From contig OX597822.1 in assembly GCA_951406725.2 (NCBI GenBank), positions 4,340,001-4,404,000 of the forward strand: 64,000 nt of DNA, written 5' to 3'. A program made the translations under genes and the position numbers. How positions within the stretch are numbered: the first letter of the stretch is position 1; each line of letters opens with the position of its first letter. The notes under the pieces were generated by a model. It was not told the DNA's origin. It saw only the letters and a list, made by a program, of their open reading frames with translations, and searched no databases. Positions 1 through 11,216 of this stretch are shown here, piece by piece. The DNA is from Octopus vulgaris. Taxonomy: Eukaryota.

Positions 1-1
1 C

Positions 2-97
<96 letters not shown>
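1..97. repeat. (GATA)n followed by (GA)n microsatellite
   Basis: Direct reading of tandem GATA then GA units. Confidence 0.97.
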
Positions 98-99
<2 letters not shown>

Positions 100-369
100 A
101 GAACTATTGTGTATTCATGTGTATAAAGATGTATGTGTTTAGTGTGTCACGTAAGTACCCATGCATGCACGTATGTTTGCATATATGAACTGATGTTTGT
201 CGAGTATGTTTGTATGTATTAAACAGCTGCGTATGTATATGTATGTACATATGTGTTATTGGTATAAGTATATGCAGTTAGTATTATGAATGTGTGTTTA
301 TGTATGTGTGTGTGCGTATGTATGTATATGTATCTAAGTGACAGCCCAAACAATATTTTGAAATGTTGC

Positions 370-403
370 TCATATATATATGTATATATACATATATATA
401 TAT

Positions 404-447
<44 letters not shown>

Positions 448-481
448 TATCATATATCATATATATGTGTCTAGCTAGAGA

Positions 482-535
<54 letters not shown>

Positions 536-547
536 TATGGATATATC

Positions 548-615
<68 letters not shown>

Positions 616-660
616 TATGGATATATCATATGTGTGTGTGTGTGTGCGTGAGTGCGTGCG
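370..660. repeat. Compound (TA)n microsatellite with repeated ATAGATATGGATATATCATATGTG spacers
   Basis: TA runs interrupted by a recurring spacer at ~531-556 and ~611-636. Confidence 0.9.
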
Positions 661-1026
661 TGCGTACATATGTAGGTATGAGTGTATGTATGTATATGCG
701 TACATATATCTGTCTGCTTGTATGTATGTATGTACGTACGTACGTATGTATGTATGTATGAGTGTCTGCTGAGAACCCAAACAAATATCGGTGTATATAC
801 GTAAAAACTATAGAATAGCTAAAGCCTCCGGCGCAAACATTTTTTCCATCAATAATTTTGCTTCGGCCAAAATTCTGATTAATTAAGAATTTTTGTTTCT
901 TCCACGCATGCGCTGAATCACGTTTGTATTTGCTTCTTTTTTTTCTTTAAATTTTTACCTTTTCTTCTAGTTTTGGTTTACGCTTCTTCCTTTTCTTCCT
1001 TTTCCTCTAAACATTTTGCATACGTC

Positions 1027-1029
<3 letters not shown>

Positions 1030-1096
<67 letters not shown>
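1030..1096. repeat. (CT)n microsatellite
   Basis: Direct reading. Confidence 0.97.
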
Positions 1097-1097
<1 letters not shown>

Positions 1098-1666
1098 AGT
1101 TTGTTCAGAAAACTAGGCCAGTGATTTGGTAGAAATGGCAGACAACCAGATTAAACAACCCTATGGCGTTTAGTTTCCTTCCTTCGTTTGATTTTTTTTT
1201 TTACTAATTTTGTGTTTAAACTCCACAGGAAAGAATTAATAAAAAATATGTAATACCCTACAAAACAATAATATATTATAATATAATGCTAATTTATTCA
1301 GTTGACTCTATCATTCTCTTTCCAAGGGGTTTCATTTTACTTTCTTTTGTTTTTGTCCTTTTTCTTTTCGTGTCTAGTCAAACGAAGTAATTTTCACAAG
1401 GAAAATTTACGCAGGAAAAACGAGTAGTAAAATAACTAAGAGAACATCGTTTGATATTACGGAAAAGGATAAAATAACGTTAATAAATGTATCAAAACTT
1501 ATTTGTCTCATTAGAATATCGAAGAAGGCGATATCAACGTCATTGTCGAAATTGAGAAGGGCGGCTCTCGTAACCCCGCTAGTGACACACAGACAGTGTG
1601 GCATCCAGAGCAAATTATTGCCGTCCTTCTCGGATTCTTTGTCATATAAAACGTTTACTTAAAAGG

Positions 1667-2088
1667 GAGGCGGCGAGCTGGCAGAATGGTTAGCACGCCG
1701 GGCGAAATGCGTAGCTGTATTTCGTCTGCCGTTACGTTCTGAGTTCAAATTCCGCCGAGGTCGACTTTACCTTTCATACTTTCGGGGTCGATAAATTAAG
1801 TACCAGTTACGCACTGGGGTCGTTGTAATCGACTTAATACCTATGTCTGTCCTTGTTTGTATCTTCTATGTTTAGCCCCTTGTGGGTAGTAAATAAATAG
1901 GTATTTCGTCTGTCTTTAAGTTCTAAGTTCAAATTCCGCCGAGGTCGACTTTGCCTTTCACCTTTCGAGGTTGATAAATTAAGTACCAGTTACGCACTGA
2001 GGTCGATGTAATCGACTTAATACCTATGTCTGTCCTTGTTTGTCCCCTCTATGTTTAGCCCCTTGTGGGTAGTAAATAAATATATAAT
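1667..2088 (+). mobile_element. tRNA-derived SINE family A, dimeric body (~184-bp duplication), 14-bp TSD
   Basis: Head GGCGGCGAGCTGGCAGAATGGTTAG (A-box-like) and GAGTTCAAATTCC (B-box-like); body repeated from ~1717 and ~1901; GTTTACTTAAAAGG at 1653-1666 and 2089-2102; many homologous copies elsewhere in the window. Confidence 0.9.
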
Positions 2089-2304
2089 GTTTACTTAAAA
2101 GGTTATTTTGTTGATGTTATTGCTGTTGTTTTCTTGCTTTTTCGTTTTCCAATTGGTGCCTGGTTATATAGTTTGAAAGTACGATACGAATGTCGTTAAG
2201 GGTAAGTGGAGAGTTGATATTAGGGTATATATGTTTGTATATGTTCGTGCGTGTGTATGTGTGTGTTTGTATGTGCATGTATCAACATACATATATGCGT
2301 AAAC

Positions 2305-2340
<36 letters not shown>

Positions 2341-2342
<2 letters not shown>

Positions 2343-2512
2343 GTGGCTGTGTGGTAAGTAGCTTGCTTACCAACCACATGGTTCCGGGTTCAGTCCCACT
2401 GCGTGGCACCTTGGACAAGTGTCATCTACTATAGCCTCGGGTCGACCAAAGCCTTGTGAGTGGATTTGGTAGACGGAGATTGAAAGAATCCCGTCGTATA
2501 CATATATATATC

Positions 2513-2585
<73 letters not shown>

Positions 2586-2820
2586 ACGTATGTGTGTGTA
2601 TATGTTTGTGTGTCTGTGTTTTTCCCCCCACATTGCACATTGCTTGACAAGCAATGCTAGTATGTTTTCGTACCCATAACTTAGTGGTTCGGCAAAAGAA
2701 ACCAATAGAAACCAATAGAATAAGTACTAGACTTACAAAGAATAAGTGCTGGAATCGATTTGTTCGACTAAAGGCGGTGCTCCAGGATGGCTGCAATCAA
2801 ATGACTGAAAAGAATAAAAA
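2341..2820 (+). mobile_element. tRNA-derived SINE family B with internal (TA)n/(TG)n
   Basis: GTGGCTGTGTGGTAAG...GGTTCAGTCCC head; same layout (5' half, microsatellite, 3' half ending GACTGAAA...AAAA) at 28660, 35128, 42212 and 60605. Confidence 0.9.
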
Positions 2821-2844
2821 TAATATATATATATAAATACACAT

Positions 2845-2985
2845 AGTTCAAATTTACAGAAAACAAAAGACGAAGACAGGTGTAGGAACAACAAGCAGGT
2901 GTATCAGTTTAACGCTCGAGAAGAATGGAAAAGTCTGTCTTTTACGTTTCGGGCCTACGCTCTTCGAGAAAAATGATTAAGAGGG
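2845..2985 (-). mobile_element. Degenerate copy of HHR-bearing short repeat (family of 51447-51651)
   Basis: Shares AAACAAAAGACGAAG.CAGGTG and ACGTTTCG.GCCTACGCTCTTC with 51470-51575; catalytic core damaged. Confidence 0.7.
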
Positions 2986-3432
2986 GAAAATGGAGGCACA
3001 TTAATGAGAATATATTCCCTTATGCCTGTAAGCGCAACCTCTGCACGAACTAGCAAAACATACATTATTTGCGAGTGTTTGTGTTTGTGTATGTGTGGGT
3101 GGATGTTGTATTTTGATTGCGAATGATTGCTTAAAAATACACAGTTCACTTCAGTTTCTTTCATCACCCATGTACCAAGTCTAGTCTACTCACAAAACTT
3201 TGTTCGGCCCGAGGCTTTAGTAGGAAAAACTTACCCAAGGTACCACGCAATGGAACTGAACCTAGAAGCGTATGATTGGGAAACAAATTTGTTACCACAC
3301 AGTCACGCCCGCACCTGTAAAGCCACACCTGCGCCTAAACACAGCCGCGACTGCACCTTGTATTCAAACTTTTTGTCATTGCACTTCTGGTTACACCAAG
3401 ATTTTGTTCATGTATTTGAAGTTTATTAAGAG

Positions 3433-3712
<280 letters not shown>

Positions 3713-3883
3713 GCAAGTCTGTGGGAATTTTTGATTGGGAAGATCGGAAAGAAGCAACGAAGTGCTTGAGAGCAAGTAAGAAATGTAAAAATCATTTAGT
3801 TTAGGATGTGAAGAGAAGCTATTAATTATCATTTCTTGTCACAGGCACAAAGCAAAATAATTTGGAGGCAGAGGTAAATGTGG

Positions 3884-4262
3884 TTTACCATGAAATAACT
3901 TGGAAACAAATTTTGAAGTACAATGGAGCAACAGTTGGAATGAGACGCAATGAAACGAAATATTTGATATTTCAAATGTTCTCCTTTGCGAAATGGAAAA
4001 CGATAATTTAGTTTATACTAGGTTAAAGAGTTGATTCTAGTGTTTGTTGAAGCTTACCACCATTCAACGTCTTTTGTCATAGCCATGAAGCAGAAGGAAA
4101 TTATCAGGGCTTCGTTACCAAAGGAAGGCGAGAAGACAATCTTTAGAATGAACTCCTTGGAGAAGCGGATTCGACTCACACTCGATAGCAGCCAATGTTT
4201 GACATAACAGCTCTAAATCAGTCATCCGGAAGCTGTGGCATTCATATCTTTCCTAAAAGTTT
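3884..4262. repeat. ~380-bp low-copy duplication, copy 1
   Basis: Near-identical to 6688-7067 in direct orientation. Confidence 0.92.
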
Positions 4263-5099
4263 GATCAACGTCAAAAGAACTTTTATTAATAGTTATCGCC
4301 ATACTAATATGGCAGTCTTATAAATATAAGACTAAAGCTGTCGCTGATTAGCTCCAAGAGGCCACCGCCTCTAGCTAGCTATTTGACACACAACCTGCGT
4401 CCATTACAAACCTTCGAACAGGGGAGGTCAGCCGCTTCATCCTGCTAGTCTTATCGGGGGTAGCTAATCGATTCTATCGATACCTGTATGTAACTGGTAT
4501 TTTATTTTATAAATTTAGGAAGATTGAAAAGCAGAGATAACCTCATGTCGATTTGAACAAAAATAAGTATAAGAAGCCGAATATTTTACAGTATCAATTT
4601 ACGATCCTTTACATTGTGAGTTTCAATCAGAACGAGCTCAACAAGGGGACAGGATGAAGACACAAAATGTAAAGAAAGAGAAAAACAAGCAAGACTGGGA
4701 AGAAAATGTTAAAGAGAGAAAGGCAAGAATCAACATTGAGAGTTAAAGATTACAGAAAGAGAGAATGCAAGATTACAAAGAGGGGAAGAGGGACAGTAAA
4801 ATATAAGATTGTATTAAAATCAGTGTAAGTTTGCTTATTTTTGTTGCTGTATGTTCGCTTAACCCCAGGCTGGTTCTGATTGACCAAATTTCTTGTCAAA
4901 AACGTTAATGATGTGATCATCCTATCGTTTTGAAAATTTTTTGCATTTACAATTTGTCCTTCATTTCTAAGGGAAATAGAGGATGATTTGGGAGATTTTA
5001 GTTGATGTATGTTTTATACTTTTGTCTAGAGAGAAGTAGTGCCCATGACCCTTTAAATGAACTTCTAGACTGATCCCTGAGAATAGTACTAAACCGGGT

Positions 5100-5520
5100 G
5101 ATGGGTTAAGTCCACTACCCATGTAGACCATGGAGAGATTTGAACTCAGAGCGCAAAGAACCGGAACAAATACTGTTATACTTCTAGTCCGACGTTCTTA
5201 GATTTCTACTAATCCACAGCCCTTGGTTTGTACTTTTCTTTTATCGAACCCAAAAAGGAGGAAAAGCAAATTTAATGTCGGTGAAATTTGAACTTAGAAC
5301 CTAAACAGACGGAACAAATACAGCAAGAAATAATTTGTCCTACGTTCCTAAATTTCCACCAATTCAATACCATCGATTGGTACTTTATTTTTTTAGGAAT
5401 CTAGAAAAAAAAAACGAAAGGCAACTTTGATTTAGGTGGTATTTGAACTCGAAGCCCAGAAAGTCGCAACAAATATCACGAAGCGCTAACGACTCTACTA
5501 ATTTGTTGTTCACGGCTTGA
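5100..5520 (-). mobile_element. Cluster of degenerate SINE family A head fragments in tandem
   Basis: Recurring ATTTGAACT...ACAAATA...GACGTTCT units at ~5140, ~5285, ~5440. Confidence 0.6.
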
Positions 5521-6214
5521 GTGGCGGCTCCAGCTTTGGTTTGTAAGTTTGTAATGTGTATATTGTGGGGGCGGATTATATAGAATAAGATAGAAACACA
5601 TTGTAGCCGTAAAGAAACTGAAAGAAAAGAGAAGTGGGAGGGAGTAAAAAAAAGATTTGAAAATATAAAAAGAAATGATAAAGAGATAAAAATTTGACAA
5701 ACAAGCAAAGAAAAAGAATGGTTTGTTTCTTGTTATTTTGTAAATTATTTTGGTTGTTCATTTTGTTTTCTTTCTGCTGGTTAATAATTCTGAAATGGCT
5801 ATTTTCTCTCCATTTCTTGTTTCTATTGTAAACGTCTCGACATCTCATTGTACGGTTTTCCCCTTTTGTGAAATAAACGGGTTGCAAGAAGCGGATTATA
5901 ATTCTTGTGTGACATGATTAAATGAAATGAAAACTTATAACTGAAACAAGCAATTAAATATTTATTACGAAGACAAATTGTACAGAGAACAAAAATAGAT
6001 TGGGCTTTTTGTTTTATTTGTATGGAGCGCTTATTATTTTCAGGGGAATATTTCTTTCGAATGCAGGAACGCACTACTTTATGGCTTAGAGTATTTGTTT
6101 GTTTTTTGTTGCTTTGTTTTTGGGTTTTTTTTTTTTGGAGGGGGGTGTTTTTAGTGGTTGCAGCTTATGTTGTATTTCATATTGTGTTCTTTTATAATCT
6201 AAATTACTGGCGGG

Positions 6215-6432
6215 AGGGGTGAGCTGGCAGAATTGTTAGCACACTGGACGAAAAATGCTTAACAACATTTCGTCCGCCTTTACATTCAGAGTTAAAATTC
6301 CACTGTGGTTGACTTTGGCTTTCATCCCTTTCAGAGTCGATAAAATAAGTATCAGTTCGGTACTGGAGTCGATGTCATCGAATAAGCCCCTCTCCAAAAA
6401 TTTCAGGTTTTGTGCCTAGAGTAGAAAGGATT
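6215..6432 (+). mobile_element. SINE family A copy with alternative tail (...GTGCCTAGAGTAGAAAGGATTA)
   Basis: GAGCTGGCAGAATTGTTAGCAC head; body homologous to the 1667 copy. Confidence 0.8.
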
Positions 6433-6687
6433 ATATGAATTTCCGTTACAATATTGCGGAATGGTTCAGCCGTGTAATACCGAGTTCGATCACCATTAGG
6501 TGAAATCGCGGGCTAACGTCATTTTCTTTAATCTCGGGTCACCCCATACCTTATGAGCGAAATCGAGTGGACGGAAACTGCATAGCAGCTCAGTAGATCG
6601 AACGTACCAGTAATTCAAAACGTACAACCTCATCACTCTGTATTACACTGAATATGGTTGAAAATTATGTTATGGGTGTAAACATGA

Positions 6688-7067
6688 TTTACCACGAAAT
6701 ATCTTTGAGACAAATTTTGAAGTACAATGGAGCAACAGTTGGAATGAGGCGCAATGAAACGAAATATTTGATATTTCAAATGTTCTCCTTTGCGAAATGG
6801 AAAACGATAATTTAGTTTATACTAGGTTAAAGAGTTGATTCTAGTGTTTGTTGAAGCTTACCTGCCATTCAACGTCTTTTGTCATAGCCATGAAGCAGAA
6901 GGAAATTATCAGGGCTTCGTTACCAAAGGAAGGCGAGAAGGCAATCTTTAGAATGAACTCCTTGGAGAAGCGGATTCGACTCACACTCGATAGCAGCCAA
7001 TGTTCGACATAGCAGCTCTAAATATGTCATCCGGAAGCTGTGGCATTCATATATTTCCTAAAAATTT
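6688..7067. repeat. ~380-bp low-copy duplication, copy 2, flanked by direct repeat GTTATGGGTGT
   Basis: Near-identical to 3884-4262; GTTATGGGTGT at 6669-6679 and 7069-7079. Confidence 0.92.
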
Positions 7068-7703
7068 CGTTATGGGTGTTTGTAGAACGCTCAGCCATTT
7101 GCACATTAATTCAGACAGGTAACCCAGTTGGTCGAACTACTAAGTCTTTATCGTTGAACGATAGAGATTCACCTCTGTTGCAGAATAGATTTGAAAGTCA
7201 ATTTAACAAACTCGTCTTCCAGTAATTAAAAAGAAAAGGATAAAGCTCCTTCCTGACTCATATAGACACATAGGGCTAATTTCCTATTAAGGCAAGTAAG
7301 TGTTGTGATCTCTTATAAGCCATGGAAATCGAATTAAGCTCCGTCCTTACGAGTCCTAGGGGCCATGACAAGCCTAATTAAGTCAGAGGGAGAAGATAGT
7401 GCTCTGTGTTTGTTGTTATATGGTACTGGTGTTGTAAAGGGTTAGATTACACTTCCTGTTGGATTTGAGGTCTACAATGAGAAGAATTTACATATACCTA
7501 AATTTAGTAGATACTACAAAATTTTCAATAGACACATAATGAAGTGGTCATACGCAACATCACATAACCTAGCGTATTATTGTAATGTTATTAACAGTTT
7601 GAATGTGCTTGAGGCACGTTTGAACCGGTGAACAAGCTACTCACTGCGTTTTGTCACAGAAAATATATCCCGCTTGTTGACAAATGGTGTGTGTACACGT
7701 AGA

Positions 7704-8165
7704 TCAGCTCGCAGCACCACCTACACAGACCGTGAGATGCAAGCATTTCGGTGTAGTTATCTCTCTCGTAGCGCCACCTGCCTGGTGTCCGTGACTGAAG
7801 AGGAGATAACTACTCCGAAATGCTTGCATTACAAAGCGCCCCCCCTTTGTAATCTGCTTGCGGCGAGCCTCTGTGCAGCGCTGCTATGGCAACTGGAAAA
7901 GCATAAGAGAGTCAGTCTCTTCATTCAGCTCGTAGCACCGCCTGCCTGGTGTCCGTGACCGAAGAGGAGATAACTACTCCGAAATGCTTGCATTACAAAG
8001 CGCCCCCCCTTTGTAATCTGCTTGCGGCGAGCCTCTGTGCAGCGCTGCTATGGCAACTGGAAAAGCATAAGAGAGTCAGTCTCTTCATTCAGCTCGTAGC
8101 GCCGCCTGCCTGGTGTCCGTGACCGAAGATGAGATAACTGCTCCGAAATACTTGCATTCCACGAC
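7704..8165 (+). ncRNA. 164-bp tandem array (~2.4 units) carrying type I hammerhead ribozyme motifs, preceded by an inverted partial HHR
   Basis: Units start at 7765, 7929, 8093. Motif CCGTGA-CTGAAGA-GGAG(ATAACTA)CTCC-GAAA-TGC(TT)GCA-TT at 7789-7830. The inverted copy at 7729-7767 reads GAAATGCTTGCATC-TCACGG and supplies the stem I partner of CCGTGA. Confidence 0.8.
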
Positions 8166-10317
8166 TTTCTTTATTATCCTTGGGGGTTAACATAGATGGG
8201 GACAGCACAACATGATTCGGGGTCATGTGATACAATTATATACAACAAATGGATTAAACTATTTATAATGAAATCGAATGTAACACAAAATACAAAAACA
8301 CAGAAGGGACACATGAAGTTAAAAAAACAGGATTGCCGACCCCACGAACCCTGTTGTTTTAACTGAAACCTTTAGTAAGCGGTCATGGCATGTTCATGCG
8401 AGGTCTTTCATACCCAGCATTCGTGCAACACGCTTCCATCTTTTTTTAAACACGCACTCTGACAGACACATTCTCTCTAACCCCACCTTCCTTTTCAGAT
8501 GAAACATGAAAAAGCTCGTCAGGGCGGTGCCAGAGATCATGGTGTCTGCTATTATACCTTTCGCTCTATTCCTCCATATAACCTCTTTCGCAACTGCTAC
8601 TATCACGAGAAAGCAATGTTTACCTTCGTTCGTCATGAAACCAGGCGGGTCAATTTTTAAAATTGACTCAGACGACAGCTGTACTCTTCTTCCGTCCGAC
8701 AACAGGTGTTCTGCATATGCCCACACGTCCGAAATTTCCGGACACTGAACAATAGCGTGCAGGACTGTTTCCACATCCCGCCCGCATCTTGGACAGTCCG
8801 ATGGTCCACCGTGACCATGCTTTGTGAGCTTATCCCGAACGGGCAAGGCTCCTCTGTAACATTGCCAGGCCAAGGACTTCTGAAAGTTATCCAGTGTCCT
8901 CGGTCCGAATGTCCTTTGGAACAGGCTGTCTAACTGATTATTATCGAGACCCAACGTCCTTCCCAGGGCATCGTCATTTCCAGCTTCTACCAACCTACTA
9001 TAGAACGCTGCGGTGGTACCAAAGCCGCCGGTATTGCCCGAGCTGCGGAAGTGGAGGAGAGCCTTACGGCACTCCGAATACCACATACTCAATCTTAATC
9101 TGCGACGAAACCAGGTTTCTCTACCACCAAAACTGGCGAAGCTGGGGAACATCTGTCTTGCGAGCGGGGACCACACCCGTTCGCCATCCAGGTAGAGCCA
9201 AAGATGCCTCAACCTTAGCGCATGTTTGCGCATCAACAACCAAGGCGTTCCTAACCCACCCTTTAACGGCTTTTGACAGCAAATAGAACGTCTCACAAGA
9301 GGAGCGGAACCCTTCCACAGAAAGAGAAAGATTTGCCTCTCCATCTTGCTCGACCACGAATCAGGACAAGGAACGATGACGGTAAATGATGACCGATGCT
9401 ATGAACACATTGGCCACCTCCGCCCTCCCTTTCAAGGATAGCCACCAAGACCAAGTCTTGACCGCGTGAGCCACCTTGCTCGCAACCTCAGACCAGTTCT
9501 TTTCTATCTGGAGACCTGGACCGAACCAGATCCCTAGCAATTTAACCGGGCCCTCTGTCCAGCATCCCACGATACTATTCGAAGGCATCGACTTTCCCCT
9601 CCAGGTGCCGAGTTGCAAGCCGACTGACTTTTCCCGGTTGATTTTTGCTCCTGTCACCGTCTCGTACTCCTTGATGGTGTCTCCTACATTCTGTAGGAGT
9701 TCCACCTTGGTCACGATGATGGTGATGTCGTCCGCATACGCTGTAACAGATCCTCCACCTCCTGGATTCGTCGGGATGACGCCCAGCTTTCGCAGTAATG
9801 GCTCGAGAGCCATCACATATAAAAGCGGGGAGAGCGGACACCCTTGACGAACTGACCGTTTGATGCGGAACGGCTTGGAAAGGAAACCGTTCACCCGACC
9901 GATCGAGTCGACGTTGTACAACTGTATAATCCACCTGAGGAAACCAATACCCAGCCCGAACTGTGCGAGCACAGACACCAGGTAACGATGGTTCACCCTA
10001 TCGAAAGCTTTACTCTCGTCTAAATGGACCAGTGCCCCGCCCTTGCCAGAGTTATTCCCGAACCCTTCTACGGTGTACCGTATAAGGTGAAGATTATCCT
10101 GAATAGTTCTTCCGGGGACTGCATAAGTTTGTGCCTCCCCGATCAGACTATCCGCGACACCGTCAACCTTTTCGCTAACACCTTGGCCAAAATCTTCACT
10201 TCCGCGTTCAGCAAGGTGATGGGCCTAAAATTATCTATTCTATCCCCCGTGTCCGGGTCCTTCCTGATCAGTGTCACCACTCCCCGGCGTACAGATCTGG
10301 GAATCCTCCCATTCTGA
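8165..10317 (-). mobile_element. 5'-truncated Tx1/L1-group LINE (RT plus C-terminal Zn-binding region), frameshifted
   Basis: NFRPITLLNAEVKILAK, DxxKAFDRV, VRQGCPLSP, AYADD, CPRCGxxxETVLHAIVQC; 3' UTR ending AATAAAGAAAG at ~8165; 5' end breaks into (TATG)n. Confidence 0.93.
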
Positions 10318-10838
10318 TTCATATATATGTATGTATGTACGTATGTATGTATATTATCTATGTATGTATGCAAATATGTTATGCACATACACACACTCAC
10401 ACACACGCACACGTGTATATGTGTGCGTGTGTGTGCGTGTATGTGTGTGTTTATGACAACAACAGATGGATTGTGGTTCACTACAGCTGTTTCAGAAGTG
10501 TTTTATTAATGATTAACAGAAGTGTTAGATCATGCAAAAAAAAAACCTTTCCGTTGGGTGAATACAGGTAAGAATTAACAATTAAAACTTCTCAAGAACA
10601 AGTAAATAGTGTCAGATGACTCGGCCGACCCAGATTCGGCCATAGAGTGAAAAGTTAGTATCAGGTTTATAATGAGGAGCTTGATAAAGGACCAGGATCA
10701 GGATGTGAAGTAGATGGAGATGTATAAGGAAGTAAGTGAAGAGAGAAACACTATGTATGTATGTATGTATGTATGTATGTATGTATGTATGTATGTATGT
10801 ATGTATGTATGTATTCACTCACACACACACACACAAAC

Positions 10839-10896
<58 letters not shown>

Positions 10897-11216
10897 CTTT
10901 CTATTTTGGCCACACAGGGCTGAGCACAGAGGGGACAATTACAAATGTAGAGCTTTTCTTTTCGGAGATGGAAAAGGAAAAAAGAAGAAAAAAAGGAAAC
11001 AAGTGTAAAATTTCGATCAAAAGGGATCGGAAGAAAAAAAGCGATCAAAAGGGATCGTGCATCATAGAAAGAAAAAAATTTTTTTTTTTCAAAGTAATAA
11101 ACAAGATTAGGTTCATCTGTGGAAAGAAAAGCCTACAGAAAAGACCACGATAACCTCAGGCAGGGAGGAAATAAATGCATGAGAGCAAAGTGCTCTCTCT
11201 CTCTCTCTTTTACGAT

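Noticed and set aside
219-780. YI/CV/HT/LSIY-repeat ORFs here and throughout the window
   Set aside because: Artefacts of TA, TG, GATA and CATA microsatellites.
7765-8165. CRISPR-like reading of the tandem repeat
   Set aside because: Whole units are repeated with no unique spacers, there are no cas genes, and the context is eukaryotic.
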